This document shows positions 53,076 to 64,000 of a DNA stretch of 64,000 bases, in pieces. The position numbers were made by a program, and so were the translations under genes. Each line of letters begins with the position of its first letter. Positions within the stretch are counted from its first letter, which is position 1. The notes under the pieces were generated by a model that saw nothing but the letters and a program-made list of their open reading frames with translations, had not been told where the DNA came from and searched no databases. The stretch is from Selaginella moellendorffii (lineage: Eukaryota > Plantae > Lycopodiophyta), in the NCBI RefSeq assembly GCF_000143415.4, contig NW_003314284.1, positions 1,683,715 through 1,747,714 on the forward strand, written 5' to 3'.

Positions 53076-54142
53076 ATGTAGGTGCTCTGTTTGTGACGCT
53101 CTGTTCTTGGCACTGTCATGTTCTTGGGCTGATCGATTCACTGGGGTTTCTCACCAACAGGGAGACGATGGGACTGCTGGTGCTTTTCCTCGCCACTGGC
53201 GTCAGCTCCGCGCTGGCGCAGTGGGAGAGCGGCCACGCCACATTCTACGGAGGCAGCGACGCCGCTGGAACAATGGGTAAGAAGAGAGATCACACTACTC
53301 CCTCTCGGATCATTTCCATTCCAGCAACCCCACTCAGCAAAGATCTAGCATGCAATCCACAAGAATTCTTTCTCGTGATCTAAAACGAATGCCATCTTGC
53401 CATGTCCAGGTGGAGCTTGCGGCTATGGCAATCTCTACAGCCAGGGCTACGGCACCAACAATGCGGCACTGAGCTCGGCGCTCTACAACAACGGGCTGAG
53501 CTGCGGCGCGTGCTTCGAGGTGAAATGTGACGCGGCGGCGGACCCGCAGTGGTGCATCCCAGGCCGATCCGTGACCGTCACCGCCACCAACTTCTGCCCG
53601 CCCGGCTCCTGGTGCAACGAGCCCCTCAAGCACTTCGACATGTCCCAGCCCGCCTGGGAGGAGATTGGAATCTACCGCGGTGGAATCATCCCCGTCTACT
53701 TCCGCAGGTATGCCGCTGCTTCTTCGCTCTATGTTCTTCCGAAGTTCTTGGAGCTCAACTCATCAAGATCTTCCAAGTTTTGCTGCTTTCTTCTGGGGTT
53801 TCTTCCGCGATCTCATGGGCGATTTGACTCTCTCGCAGGGTGAGCTGCGTGAGGAAAGGAGGGATCCATTTCACGGTAAACGGCCACGCCTACTTCAACC
53901 TCATCCTCATCACGAATGTGGGCGGTGCCGGGGACGTGCATGCCGTGTCCGTCAAGGGCTCCGGGACGGGATGGATCCCCATGAGCCGCAACTGGGGCCA
54001 GAACTGGCAGACCAACGCGCAGCTCGGCGGCCAGAGCCTCTCCTTCATGGTGACGGACAGTAGCGGCAAGACGGTCATCTCCAACAATGCCGCGCCTTCC
54101 AACTGGCAATACGGGCAGACCTTCGAGGGAGAACAGTTCTGA
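53076..54142 (+). CDS. EXPA: Alpha-expansin
   Basis: [46 protein letters not shown]. Start is either the split AT^G (53076-53077 plus 53161) or the ATG at 53168. TATA at ~52783. Confidence 0.96.
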
Positions 54143-54949
54143 GGATGATCGACTCTACCGAAAAAGAGGAGGCGAATTGCGCTAGGGAATGGAATGAGCT
54201 GCTAGATGTTCATCGCCCACGTCGCCGTCTCGTCTCCCTCGTCGATCACGGTGGTGTTCTTCCGGTATTTTTTCTTTTCATGGTTAATTTTTTTCGTTTT
54301 TATTTTTCCTTCTTCTTGCTAAGAAGAGAGATAGAGATCTGAGAGCTAAGGTGGTAAACTTGAGGGGATGAGATGAGCAGGCGCTATGTAGAGCCACCCT
54401 CCCCGTTCATTGGTACAAGAACATGAGAATAAAGAGTTCCCGAAGCTGGCGATCTATAAGCCGGCTTCTATGAGAAACTTAAAGCTGTAATCTATGAAAA
54501 TGGTTCGAAAAACTGTGCTTTCGTGCTTGGAATGAATCGACTATGAGAAACTTAAAGCTTTTAGCTCTGAAATGGATAGAAAAACTTGTTTTTCTGAATC
54601 TCAAAACTTTTCTTTCTGGCAACACAGACGCATTGTCATTGTCTCTGGGTTGATGGTACCAAGAAAAAGAGAAGCTTTATCATCCCCGTTCTAGTTTTGT
54701 CGAAGAGAAGAAACCCAAACAAATGTCTCTGGATCACGGAGCTTTCTTTTTCATTTTTTTTTCTTTCCGGCCAACACAGACATGGTCTCTGAGCCTGGAT
54801 CGTTACGAAGAAAAGAAAAGATTGGTCGCCGAAGCCATAGCTACAGCTAGCTTGAAGAAGTCTCTGATCGTTATGGAAAGAACAGGCCTCTGGCGGTGAC
54901 AGGCACGAAAGAAAAAGAAAAAAGAAGAGAAACTAGAAAACATAACCTC

Positions 54950-57215
54950 CTAATCCTCGAGTGGAACGAAGTGGTTGTCGGTTACTTGGTTTGCCTCGGT
55001 GTGGCGAATTGCTCCCTTTTCGTCCTGTGAATCGAGACACACTCCATTGTTTGTAGCCAAGAACAGAGAAAAGAAAAAAGGACTGCTTGACTTACTCGCC
55101 AGATGATCCCAAGCTTGTCCAGATTGACGAGCGTCTCGTCCAATCCAAGCATCAACTTGTCTTTGAATTTGTCCTCCATTAGCTGCCTGCATTTAAAGTA
55201 CAGATCCTGCCACGCGAAAACAGTTTAAACTCTTTCTTTTCTGTTGAGTCTAAGAGCTCGTTCGTTCGTCTCGGTCGATCAGTTACCTCCTTGGAGGCTG
55301 CTCCATGCGCTGTTTTCATGAGAGCGAAATAAGCCACAATCGCCAACTTCACCTACGAGGGGAAAACGTCATTGCTGAGCAAAGCAAACCAAACACGAAG
55401 AGAGAAAAAAAAAGTCACAGACCTCTTGCTGAATCGTGTCCTTGATCAAGCTGATCAAAACGTCCCGGTGCTTTTCAACTCTCTTGTCACGGACGAGCTT
55501 TTCCTTTAGCATCCTTTTGATTCTTCGCACCCGTAGTACAAAGCTGTGAGAGAGGAGAGTTACACAGGGTTGAAAACACAAGGAAACGTACGTACGTTGT
55601 TACTAGTGCTACGCAGTAAAGAATGCACGCTGCCAAGATAGCAGCTGCTACTGATGGCTGCTTTCTCTGAAGGACCTTAAACATAACCTGCGAGAATTGA
55701 CTCGAAAGTTTGGCACCGGGATGAGACCAAAAGTTGAGAAAATCAACACTTACCGAGCCAAAGATCACGAAGAGGACGAAAGTCAAGACGTCTGCTCCAC
55801 TCGGTCGAAGAGCTTTCTTCGCGGGCTGTTAAGATGAAGAAAAAATCGTAAAGTTTTAGCGTCAAGTCGGAATGAAACGTACGAGTACGAGCTCCATGTC
55901 CGCCAAAGGCACATCCACGTAGTGCTTGATACGAATTCCATGCTCCAAGCGCCTGGAGAACACTTTCCTCTTTTTTCTCTTCAATGGTCTTGGATAAGAA
56001 AAGAAAAAGAAAACAAGAGAGATAGAAATCATACTTGTAGAGGACCACAACGTGCTTGTAAATAGGCTCCTGTACCCGCGCCTTGCGGAAGAGGTCGCTT
56101 AGCCTATGCATGCTTTCATGTGAGCATCATACGTTCATTCATTGGAAAAAAGATGAACTTTGGAGATCACACAGTGTAAGAAAGACCACCTGATGTCACC
56201 CGCATGAAATCTTTCCACTTCCTGAAACCTCGTCTCCCCAGCTTCCAGTGCGCTCCTGGGAGGCGTGGCCTGTTCGACCGGCATTTCAACCCTCTCGCTG
56301 TCAACAAACGTGAAAAAATTACGACAAAATCTGTGCAAGGAGCGAACAACTTACCACAGGGCGTGGACAATGTAGTTTTTCAGACTTTTCCAGAGGGCCT
56401 CCAGTTTCAGGAGGACATACAAGCCAGATTGTTGGTCAGTGCTTACACCTCGATGGAAGATAACAAACTGCTTAGGAGCGTGTTAGAGTTGAGGCGCTGC
56501 TTCATTGATTGATGTACCTGGTTTTTGGTGAACTGGGATTGTTTTAACCCGAAGGAATTGGAGAGGAGCCTCGTGTCGAGCTGCACAATCAGTATACTTA
56601 TTGTCAAGCGTATTAAAGTCAAAAGTTCCAGCGGTTTAAGTTTTACCTTGAACGCACCTTATTGCGGTCAATCCGAATGCGAAGTTTGAGAAGGTAACGG
56701 CTGGAGGTCGCCACACTCCACTCTTCATCCGTGAGTTGCTTGTATCTCCCTCGCTCCATGAGCTAATAGTAGCCACGCGAGTGCTTTTGAATCTCAATCA
56801 CAGCACTTCTACGTACCTGGAAAAACTTTGGTAGAAAGTTTTGCTCGTGAGCTTCAACATTAAACTCGTCAACTGGGAGCTCACTGTCACGAGGATTTAA
56901 CTTCGCATAGGTCGCCTGTCACACCACAATCACGAACGATAAATGTCCTCCAGGTGAATGAATGAGTGAGTACCTTGAGCTCCTTGTACTCCTCGTCTTG
57001 ATGTTTAAGTAGCAGCCTTTCGATTCTCTTGCACAGTTGCTTGAAGCTGTCCTTGTCTTCAACTAAAGAAGAAAAGCGACGGTCACATGAATTTTGCAAT
57101 GCGGATTCAACTAGAGAGACTTACCACCTTCGGCGAGCCTGTCGATCAACTCGGCTTTGGAAACCGAAATGCCCGACTCAAGAGGAAGCTTGAGTATGTT
57201 CTTCTTCTGGTCCAT
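54950..57215 (-). CDS. DUF3754 (TMEM143-like) protein, divergent paralog, multi-exon
   Basis: MDQKKNILKLPLES.., FKQLCKRIE, VQEPIYKHVVVLY, IKHYVDVPLADMELVL, LIKDTIQQE/VKLAIVAYF. The 3' end is approximate. Confidence 0.8.
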
Positions 57216-57379
57216 GACCTCCGGCTTGTCCCTAGACTGTTACATCTTGCTTATGAACACAAACGAAAGAAAGCCCGAGAAACCAGCACGCTATCAGCTA
57301 CTAAAGCAAGGTATCGGAATACGTAAAAGCTACATTAACTTTGGAAAAAAAAGAATGGAAAAACGACACGATATACAAC

Positions 57380-59654
57380 TCACGCCGACGAGATTCTAGC
57401 GACAACTTCGTCAGTTGTTATCCCAATAATTTCGTTTGCTCTTTTCAGAGGGTGGGGCGCATACCTTCCCAATGAATCCTGCATAGACGCCCATTCACGT
57501 GATAAAAACGTGATTGAAAAAAGTTACCTTGGATACGATTCCCAAACGCTCCAGTTTTTTCACGGCATCCTCGACTTCAAAGTTGCATTTCTCGTCAAAC
57601 TCCTCCAGCAGCACCTCCTCGCAAAGCTCGTCCAGAGTCTTTAGAGCAAGAGAAAAATCCAATCAGCTGTGTTTCTTTCTACACAAGAGTGAAAGGCATA
57701 CCTGAATGGTGTGCTTGCCTTTCGTCATCAGCACGTAGTAAGCAAGGATCACCTCCTTCACCTGGAATTTCGAAAGTATGAGAAAAGAAAATCAATGAGT
57801 TTTATTTACCTCTTGCTGGATCACATCGTCGCAAAGATGCAGTAAAGTTCCTCTTCCACTATCGAGCTGTTTGTCGTACATCGAATTGGTGATAAGCCGC
57901 TGGTACTCCATCATGTTAGCGTGGAACCTTCAGGACAAAGGTCATTAGTATGAAGCGTAAGAAAATAGGAGAAGAGGAACTATTACGTGAAATAGATCTT
58001 AGCGCAGTAACTAAGAAAGCCACCAAGGATAGCTAAAGCGACCCATATATCAGACGGATGTGCTTCTAGTGTACCCGAAAATGCAACCTGTGAGTTCGTC
58101 ACAAAAACGTTATCGACTCTAAGCATGTTGATGGAAAGAAAAGCTTACGAAGCCAATGATCGCTGAGAGTAGAAATTTCACCCAATCCATTGCTGTCAAG
58201 CTCGGGTTCTTCTTCTCTGGCTAAAAGAGAGGACAAAGAAAAGTAGCCTCAAAAACAAGAAAAAAGAAAAAAACGTTTTCTACTTACGAGAACGAGCTCA
58301 ACGTCTGCCATTGGGACGTGCTTGAATTGCTTGATGCAAATTCCTCGATTACCATATGGACTGGTGTCATGCCGGGGTGTTGCCAGTCTGCATTTTAAAC
58401 TCAACCTTGTGATTACATCAAGATCAAGGATCATCTATTGCGTCTACCTGTACAACAAAATAAGTCGCTCAAACGTAGGCTCCTGGATGGTAGTCTTCTT
58501 GAGAAAGTTTCCAAAGCTGAAATAAAGGACCATCAAAATATTTCACCTTTGTGAAAAATGCTCATCCCGAGCTTACGTAATTTTCATGTTTTGGATGCGA
58601 ATTCTCTCCACATACTGTTCGGTGTCGCTTAACGCAGAAGAGCCATCGGCAGGACCAGGCTGTGCTTTGTTCTGCTCACGTCCTAACAGCTTCCGCAACC
58701 TGGAAATTGAGATTGGCTTTCTATGAGAAAAAAACACAGCGAAAGCAGTCACCTCAAAAGCCCCAGGATCCAATCCCAAGCTCTCGAAATCAATTCGTCC
58801 AGCTTTGCGCTGATAAATGCATCAGTGCTTTTATCAAGCCCAATGCCTCGGCGATACATCACATACTGCATAGTACATGTGAACAAGAAACTCGAAAAGA
58901 ATGAACACGGACGTGAATTTACCTGGTTAGTGTAAGTTGGCATCTCCAAGTCTTTTCTCTTTTCGAAAAACTTGCCGAGGAGCTTCGAATCCAGCTGAGC
59001 CAAAGATGATAGAATCAGTTCATGTCTCGAAAGTCCATAGAAAAAGAAGTTGCTTATACTTTGTTTTTATCAACAGAAATGGGAAGATTGAGAAGATAAT
59101 GGCCCGAAGTCGCAACACGGAACTCGTTATCGGACAGAACTTTAAAGTTGCTCTTCTCCATGAGCTTCAAGAGCACTGCAAGCATCAGCCACCAGCATTG
59201 CAATCAAGTTGTAGCTACATTACCATGGCGTAAATATCCAGGAATCGCTGCTCCAGCTCGTCGACTCTAGCTGCAGAAAGGTTCTGCTTTTCGAGTTTCT
59301 TGCCACCATTTGCCGGATCAAACAAGGCGTACAATTGCTGCAAGGTATCTCGCGATCATGTGAGCAAAACACCGTAAAACCAGTGAAAGTTTACCATGAG
59401 CTCTTCAAACTGGACATGGTACCATGCACGAATGAAAGCCTCCACTCTTTTGCACAGGAGGAGAAAATCAGCTTGATCCGCCTTTTGCTCTGCATTGTAA
59501 GAAAAAATGTTGTGTGTCAAAGGTTTAGAAGAAGAAAAAAAAGCGAAGAAATCCACTCACCGAGACTGTCAGCTAGCCCAATTATCAGCTTGGGCTTCAT
59601 CGTCACGATGAATGGCTCACGCTCCAGCCGAATAACATCCTTTCCCGCTTCCAT
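57380..59654 (-). CDS. DUF3754 (TMEM143-like) protein, multi-exon
   Basis: [107 protein letters not shown]. Confidence 0.9.
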
Positions 59655-59938
59655 TTGGCCTTCCGAGCGACAGAGACGCTACAATCCGGGAACTTGGGAA
59701 GAACACCAAAGAACCCACTAAGTGTCACGCTCTGTGCTCAGTCAGGAGATAAGATGCCCGCCTTGAAGACCTTGAAAACCCGGAGATCTACCTGCATTGG
59801 ACGAGAAAAACGCATTAGCGTAGATTTTATGTCGTGTCAAGATTCGAACCTGGGATCTCATTGTCTTAGTTTTCTTCTAGCTTTAGCTTTCCTTGATTCG
59901 AAAGGCTTGCTTTCTTCTTGCTTGCGAAGAAGAAATGG

Positions 59939-62380
59939 CTATCGCTTTGCTTCCATCGACGCATTTGCGAGAAGCACATAGGCAGCACCGTGATCCGGAT
60001 TCACATCCAAAGTAGAGCGTGCTGCAACTGTGGCATCATCGATCGGTCCGTGGGTTGCAAGCACGCATCTCCACTCCAGGCCGTCCGGCACAAAAGGCAT
60101 GCTTTTGACTAGCTCTCGAGCGTCGCCCAGATGCCCGGCTCGGCACAGGAGATCAACAACGCAACTGTAGTGTTGCTTGGAAGGATTCAAGGAGAAATCC
60201 GCAACCATGGAGACGAAGAGTCGGATCCCCGTGGAGACTTTGCCGGAGCGGCTGCATGAAACGAGGATCCAAATGAAGCAGCTCTCGTTTAGCTCGTCAA
60301 GGGAAAAGAAAAACTCAAGCGCTTGATCTAGATCTCCGCCCCGGGCATATGCAGCAACCATCAAAGCATCAAACGAAACATCTCTTTCCGGAGATTGATC
60401 AAACACCCTCTTCGCTTCGATGACTTTACCAGCATGAGAATAAGCTTCTAGCATGGCTTTCCAGGACAGCAAGCTCGGGTCTCTCCAAAGATCATGCACT
60501 TCTCTTGCTTTTCCTAGATACCCATTCAGGGCATAAGCCCATATAATGGAACTCACAGCTAAAGAATCGTGGCTTGGAAAGCTCTCGAAAACACATCTAG
60601 CTTCATCTAAACAGCCGCTGCGCCCAAGAACACCGATCAGAGAGGTTCCACACACAAGACTATGCTCTGGCATATACCTGTCGTACAAGATCATCGTGTC
60701 CTCAACATGCCCTCGTAAGGCATAAGCCGTGACAAGCGCAGTCCAGACCACTGCGTTCTTGAATGGAATCGCATCAAACATCTTCTTTGCATCATGTAAC
60801 TTGCCAGACTTCCCAAGCCCTGTGATGAGAGCTGCCACAGCATTGCAAGTGTGCTCCGCCATAGATCTGAACACTCGAAACGAATCATCCAGATGCCCTC
60901 TACGAGCATTTGCGGCGACGATAGCTGTGGCAGAGATAGAATCGTGCTCCGGCATTGATTCAAAGATCTCGCTCGCCTGCTCGAACTTGCCATGATCGCT
61001 ACAACACCCAAGAATCACACTCCACGAGATTACATCTCGTTCGGGTAAACGCTCCAAGAGCTCTCTGGCCTCTTCCAAATGCCCGCATTGGCACAGCGCC
61101 GATAGCATTGCGTTCGCACATACAAGTGAGTGCTCCGGCATGGAATCGAACAGCTGACCAGCTGGACGCACGAGCCCAGCTCTGCCGTACGCAGACACCA
61201 TGGCATTCCACGTCACCAGGTCCCATGCTGGCATTGTGTCAAACATCGCCTTGGCAGCGTCGATGCTTCCCGCCTCGCCAAGCGACGCGACACACGCCGT
61301 CCACGTGGCAAGATCGGGGTCGGGGATCGCGCCAAACAGGGACTTGGCGTGCTGGATATGCCCGTCGTGGGCAAATGCGACGAGCATGGAGTTGCAAGAG
61401 ATGGTGTTTATTTGGGGCATCTCTTCGAATATCCTTTTGCATGTAGAGGAATCTTGGAGCTCCGCGTACAAGGCTAGCATATGGTTGCACGAGACGAGAT
61501 CTCTCTCTGGCATGACAGTAAAGAATAGCTCTTCGGCCTCAAAACGTTTATTCTCTCTGGAGAAGAGAGAGAGAAGCGCGTTGAATGAAGCCAGAGATTT
61601 CACGGGGAGCTCCTCGGAGACAATTCTCTTGGCATCTTCCAGATTCCCAGCTTGGCCGTGTGCTATGATCTTGGAATTCCAAGCCACAAGATCGTGCTCC
61701 GGCATCTCGGAGAATAGATTTTGCGTAACGTCATAACGCCCTGCCTTTGCGTTTGCCACCAACAAAGCACTCCACGCCACTATATCCCTCAAAGGCATGT
61801 CATCAAACACCTTTTTCGCGTGATCAAGATACCCTCTTTGGGCATATGCCGAAAGCAGGGCAGTCCAGGTTAGAATATTAGGCTCTGGATTCTCCTCAAA
61901 AACACACTTCGCTAAATTAATATCACCGCAGTAACAAAACCCAGATAGCAGAGTGTTCCACGTCGCGACATTTCGAAGCGGCATGGAATCAAACAACGCT
62001 TTTGCCATATCCATTTGCCCTGTTTCGGCATATGCATTAACCATAGCATTCCACGCAACCAGGTCTTTGTCTGGCATGTTTCGGAAGATCTTCGAAGCAT
62101 CTCCTATATTCCCGTTTTGTGCATACAACGTCAGCATGATGGTCCATGCTGCCTTGTCTGGCCTTTCGACGTCGCCAAAGAGCTTCTCGGCCTCGCAGAT
62201 AAGCCCATTGCGGGCATATGCCGAGAGCATTAAGGAGCACGAGAAGGTATCTCTGGACACGATGCTGTCGTACACCTTCCGGGCATGCTCCACGCTGCCG
62301 CACCTCCCGTACATCTCGATAAGCTTGTTTGCCAGGAAAGTATCGCCATTGGCAGCCGGGATGCGTGCGTGAATTAGCAC
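59939..62380 (-). CDS. PLS-class PPR protein with C-terminal E domain (organellar RNA-editing factor type)
   Basis: 813 aa of tandem ~31-aa repeats (..MPE.D.V.W.A...AY...G), HYSCVVDLLCRAGHL, MPFVPD..EW, AYVLLAN. The listed start is GTG, so the true start is unresolved. Confidence 0.9.
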   Translation of the reverse strand: MLIHARIPAANGDTFLANKLIEMYGRCGSVEHARKVYDSIVSRDTFSCSLMLSAYARNGLICEAEKLFGDVERPDKAAWTIMLTLYAQNGNIGDASKIFRNMPDKDLVAWNAMVNAYAETGQMDMAKALFDSMPLRNVATWNTLLSGFCYCGDINLAKCVFEENPEPNILTWTALLSAYAQRGYLDHAKKVFDDMPLRDIVAWSALLVANAKAGRYDVTQNLFSEMPEHDLVAWNSKIIAHGQAGNLEDAKRIVSEELPVKSLASFNALLSLFSRENKRFEAEELFFTVMPERDLVSCNHMLALYAELQDSSTCKRIFEEMPQINTISCNSMLVAFAHDGHIQHAKSLFGAIPDPDLATWTACVASLGEAGSIDAAKAMFDTMPAWDLVTWNAMVSAYGRAGLVRPAGQLFDSMPEHSLVCANAMLSALCQCGHLEEARELLERLPERDVISWSVILGCCSDHGKFEQASEIFESMPEHDSISATAIVAANARRGHLDDSFRVFRSMAEHTCNAVAALITGLGKSGKLHDAKKMFDAIPFKNAVVWTALVTAYALRGHVEDTMILYDRYMPEHSLVCGTSLIGVLGRSGCLDEARCVFESFPSHDSLAVSSIIWAYALNGYLGKAREVHDLWRDPSLLSWKAMLEAYSHAGKVIEAKRVFDQSPERDVSFDALMVAAYARGGDLDQALEFFFSLDELNESCFIWILVSCSRSGKVSTGIRLFVSMVADFSLNPSKQHYSCVVDLLCRAGHLGDARELVKSMPFVPDGLEWRCVLATHGPIDDATVAARSTLDVNPDHGAAYVLLANASMEAKR

Positions 62381-64000
62381 GGCGTTGGAGAGGCTCTTGC
62401 AACATTGGATCTCTCGGAGGCATTCGAAGCGATCCAGCTCAAGCTCGAACTAAAACAACCTCTATCACTGATTCGTCTACAACAAAACTCTCCCACCGTC
62501 AAGATACTCCCCCTAATTTGGCAGGTAGTATCAATCCTCACAATTCTTCCCCTGTGAGAAAACTCCAAGAAAACCAAGTTCTGCCACACGAGCCATTGGA
62601 TGGTGTTTTCCCTCTATACTCCAGCGGAAGACTAGTAATAGCAGATATTCAGGGTAGATTCTCCATCCATGTTGACATGTTGCATACATTTGGGCTCGCA
62701 AAACCAGGGATGGCAATTACAAGGCTCCAGTGAGTTTTTCTTACTCCAACTTGGCCTCTTCCTAGCCACTCTCAGCTCTATGAATTCTCTAAAGAGTTTC
62801 CTTTATTGTTATCAAACTGATTGGAGCAGAAAATAGACAACTACCTAGAACGACCATCAAAACTGTGTGAAAACCAATCCATGATAGAGCTTATAACTCC
62901 AGTTGATTTATACATCCCATAAGCAACATTCACCAAAAACACCCCACTACTTTTTGCAGTATTACACAGTCTGAGATGGACTAAAAGCATGTTCAAATTT
63001 GCAAATTTACTCCTAGTGATAGGGATTCTTGCTGAAAGGTGCAATAATTCTCTCTCGGCAATAGGGGTTCATTTAAAAAGTTTGTGTTCTCTGTTAAATT
63101 TGGATAATGAATTTAGTTTATTATAATTAGCTAACAGCATTTTGAAATAAAATAACTAAACAAATCTTTGTGGTGTTAGAATTTTCACTATAACCTTCCT
63201 CTGCAACTCTTCTTCTTCGTCATGGCCACCATTCCCAAGAAGGCTTCTACAGCTAAGTCAATCTAGTATGTTCTTGCTGTTAAACCTCTAGAGAGAGAAA
63301 AAGAAAAAGAAAAACTAACAATATTCTAGTGTAGGACCTTAAGTCCAAGTCAAGACATTCCTTACAATATTGTAAACATGTAAGAAATAATTTCCCTTCA
63401 CATGTTTGATAGACTTCCATGGGATAAGTTCCACTTTCAATACCTTTGGTTACACTAAAAACTAGAGAAATCTAGAGAATCCATTATTTCCAACTAGGAA
63501 AGGATTCAACACTTATTGCACTATCAGTGCCTTTTTTATTAGTGCTTAATTGCATTGCTTTATACATCACTTATTAAAGTATATAATATTATAAGAATTT
63601 TTTAAAAAAAATTTATTTTTTATTTTATTTTAAATTATTTTAAACATAAATTATGTTTATAAGTTTTAGTTGACCAAAAGGGTTTATTAGGAAAACTAGA
63701 TGAATATAAAACTAAATTACAATCATTTTGAAGACTTAAAAATGTTGGAAAAGTACAAATAGGATTTTTCTTACAAAATAAATTTGTTCTCCACTCTACT
63801 TTGTATAATGATGAAAATAAAATTATATTTCCACTAATTTGATTTTGTAGAAAGCAGTTAATATAATTTCTCTTTCCAGTGTTTGTTTCCCAAATAATAT
63901 TTTGTCCAGAATAAAGTACAAGATTACAGTTTAAATGTAGTAGTAATATATTTTTTTTATTTGGAGATATTAGAAAATTTTCTTGAAATAAAGTATGATA

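Noticed and set aside
54465-54830. Short direct repeats (ctatgagaaacttaaagct twice; caacacagac twice)
   Set aside because: Small local duplications in the 3' intergenic region with no TIR or TSD evidence.

Overview
Eukaryotic land-plant nuclear DNA, very gene-dense, with mostly 50-130 bp GT-AG introns. A flagellar radial-spoke gene alongside expansins, HIPPs, an RSL bHLH and PLS-class PPRs points to a seed-free vascular plant, most likely a Selaginella-like lycophyte (inference). Layout: 1-6.4 kb decayed, nested LTR-retroelement remnants with PBS/PPT signals and a 12-bp tandem array; a degenerate partial MDAR duplicate; MDAR6 (+); SIAMESE-related CDK inhibitor (-); 2 kb AT-rich tract; class I RSL bHLH (-); intronless PPR-like ORF (+); RSP3 (-); ODR-4 homolog (+); SAM methyltransferase (-); three HMA genes (+/-/+); conserved acidic unknown protein (-); delta-8 sphingolipid desaturase, cytosolic thiolase and a frameshifted PPR-E (all -); TAF1 (+); two multi-exon orphan genes (+); two divergent alpha-expansins whose ATG appears split by an intron; two tandem DUF3754 paralogs (-); PPR-E (-); AT-rich end. 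CDS coordinates are gene spans including introns, and exon models were derived by eye. I cannot demonstrate a new biological system. The best candidates for something undescribed are the orphan gene pair at 45.1-49.0 kb and the conserved AT^G split start codons.
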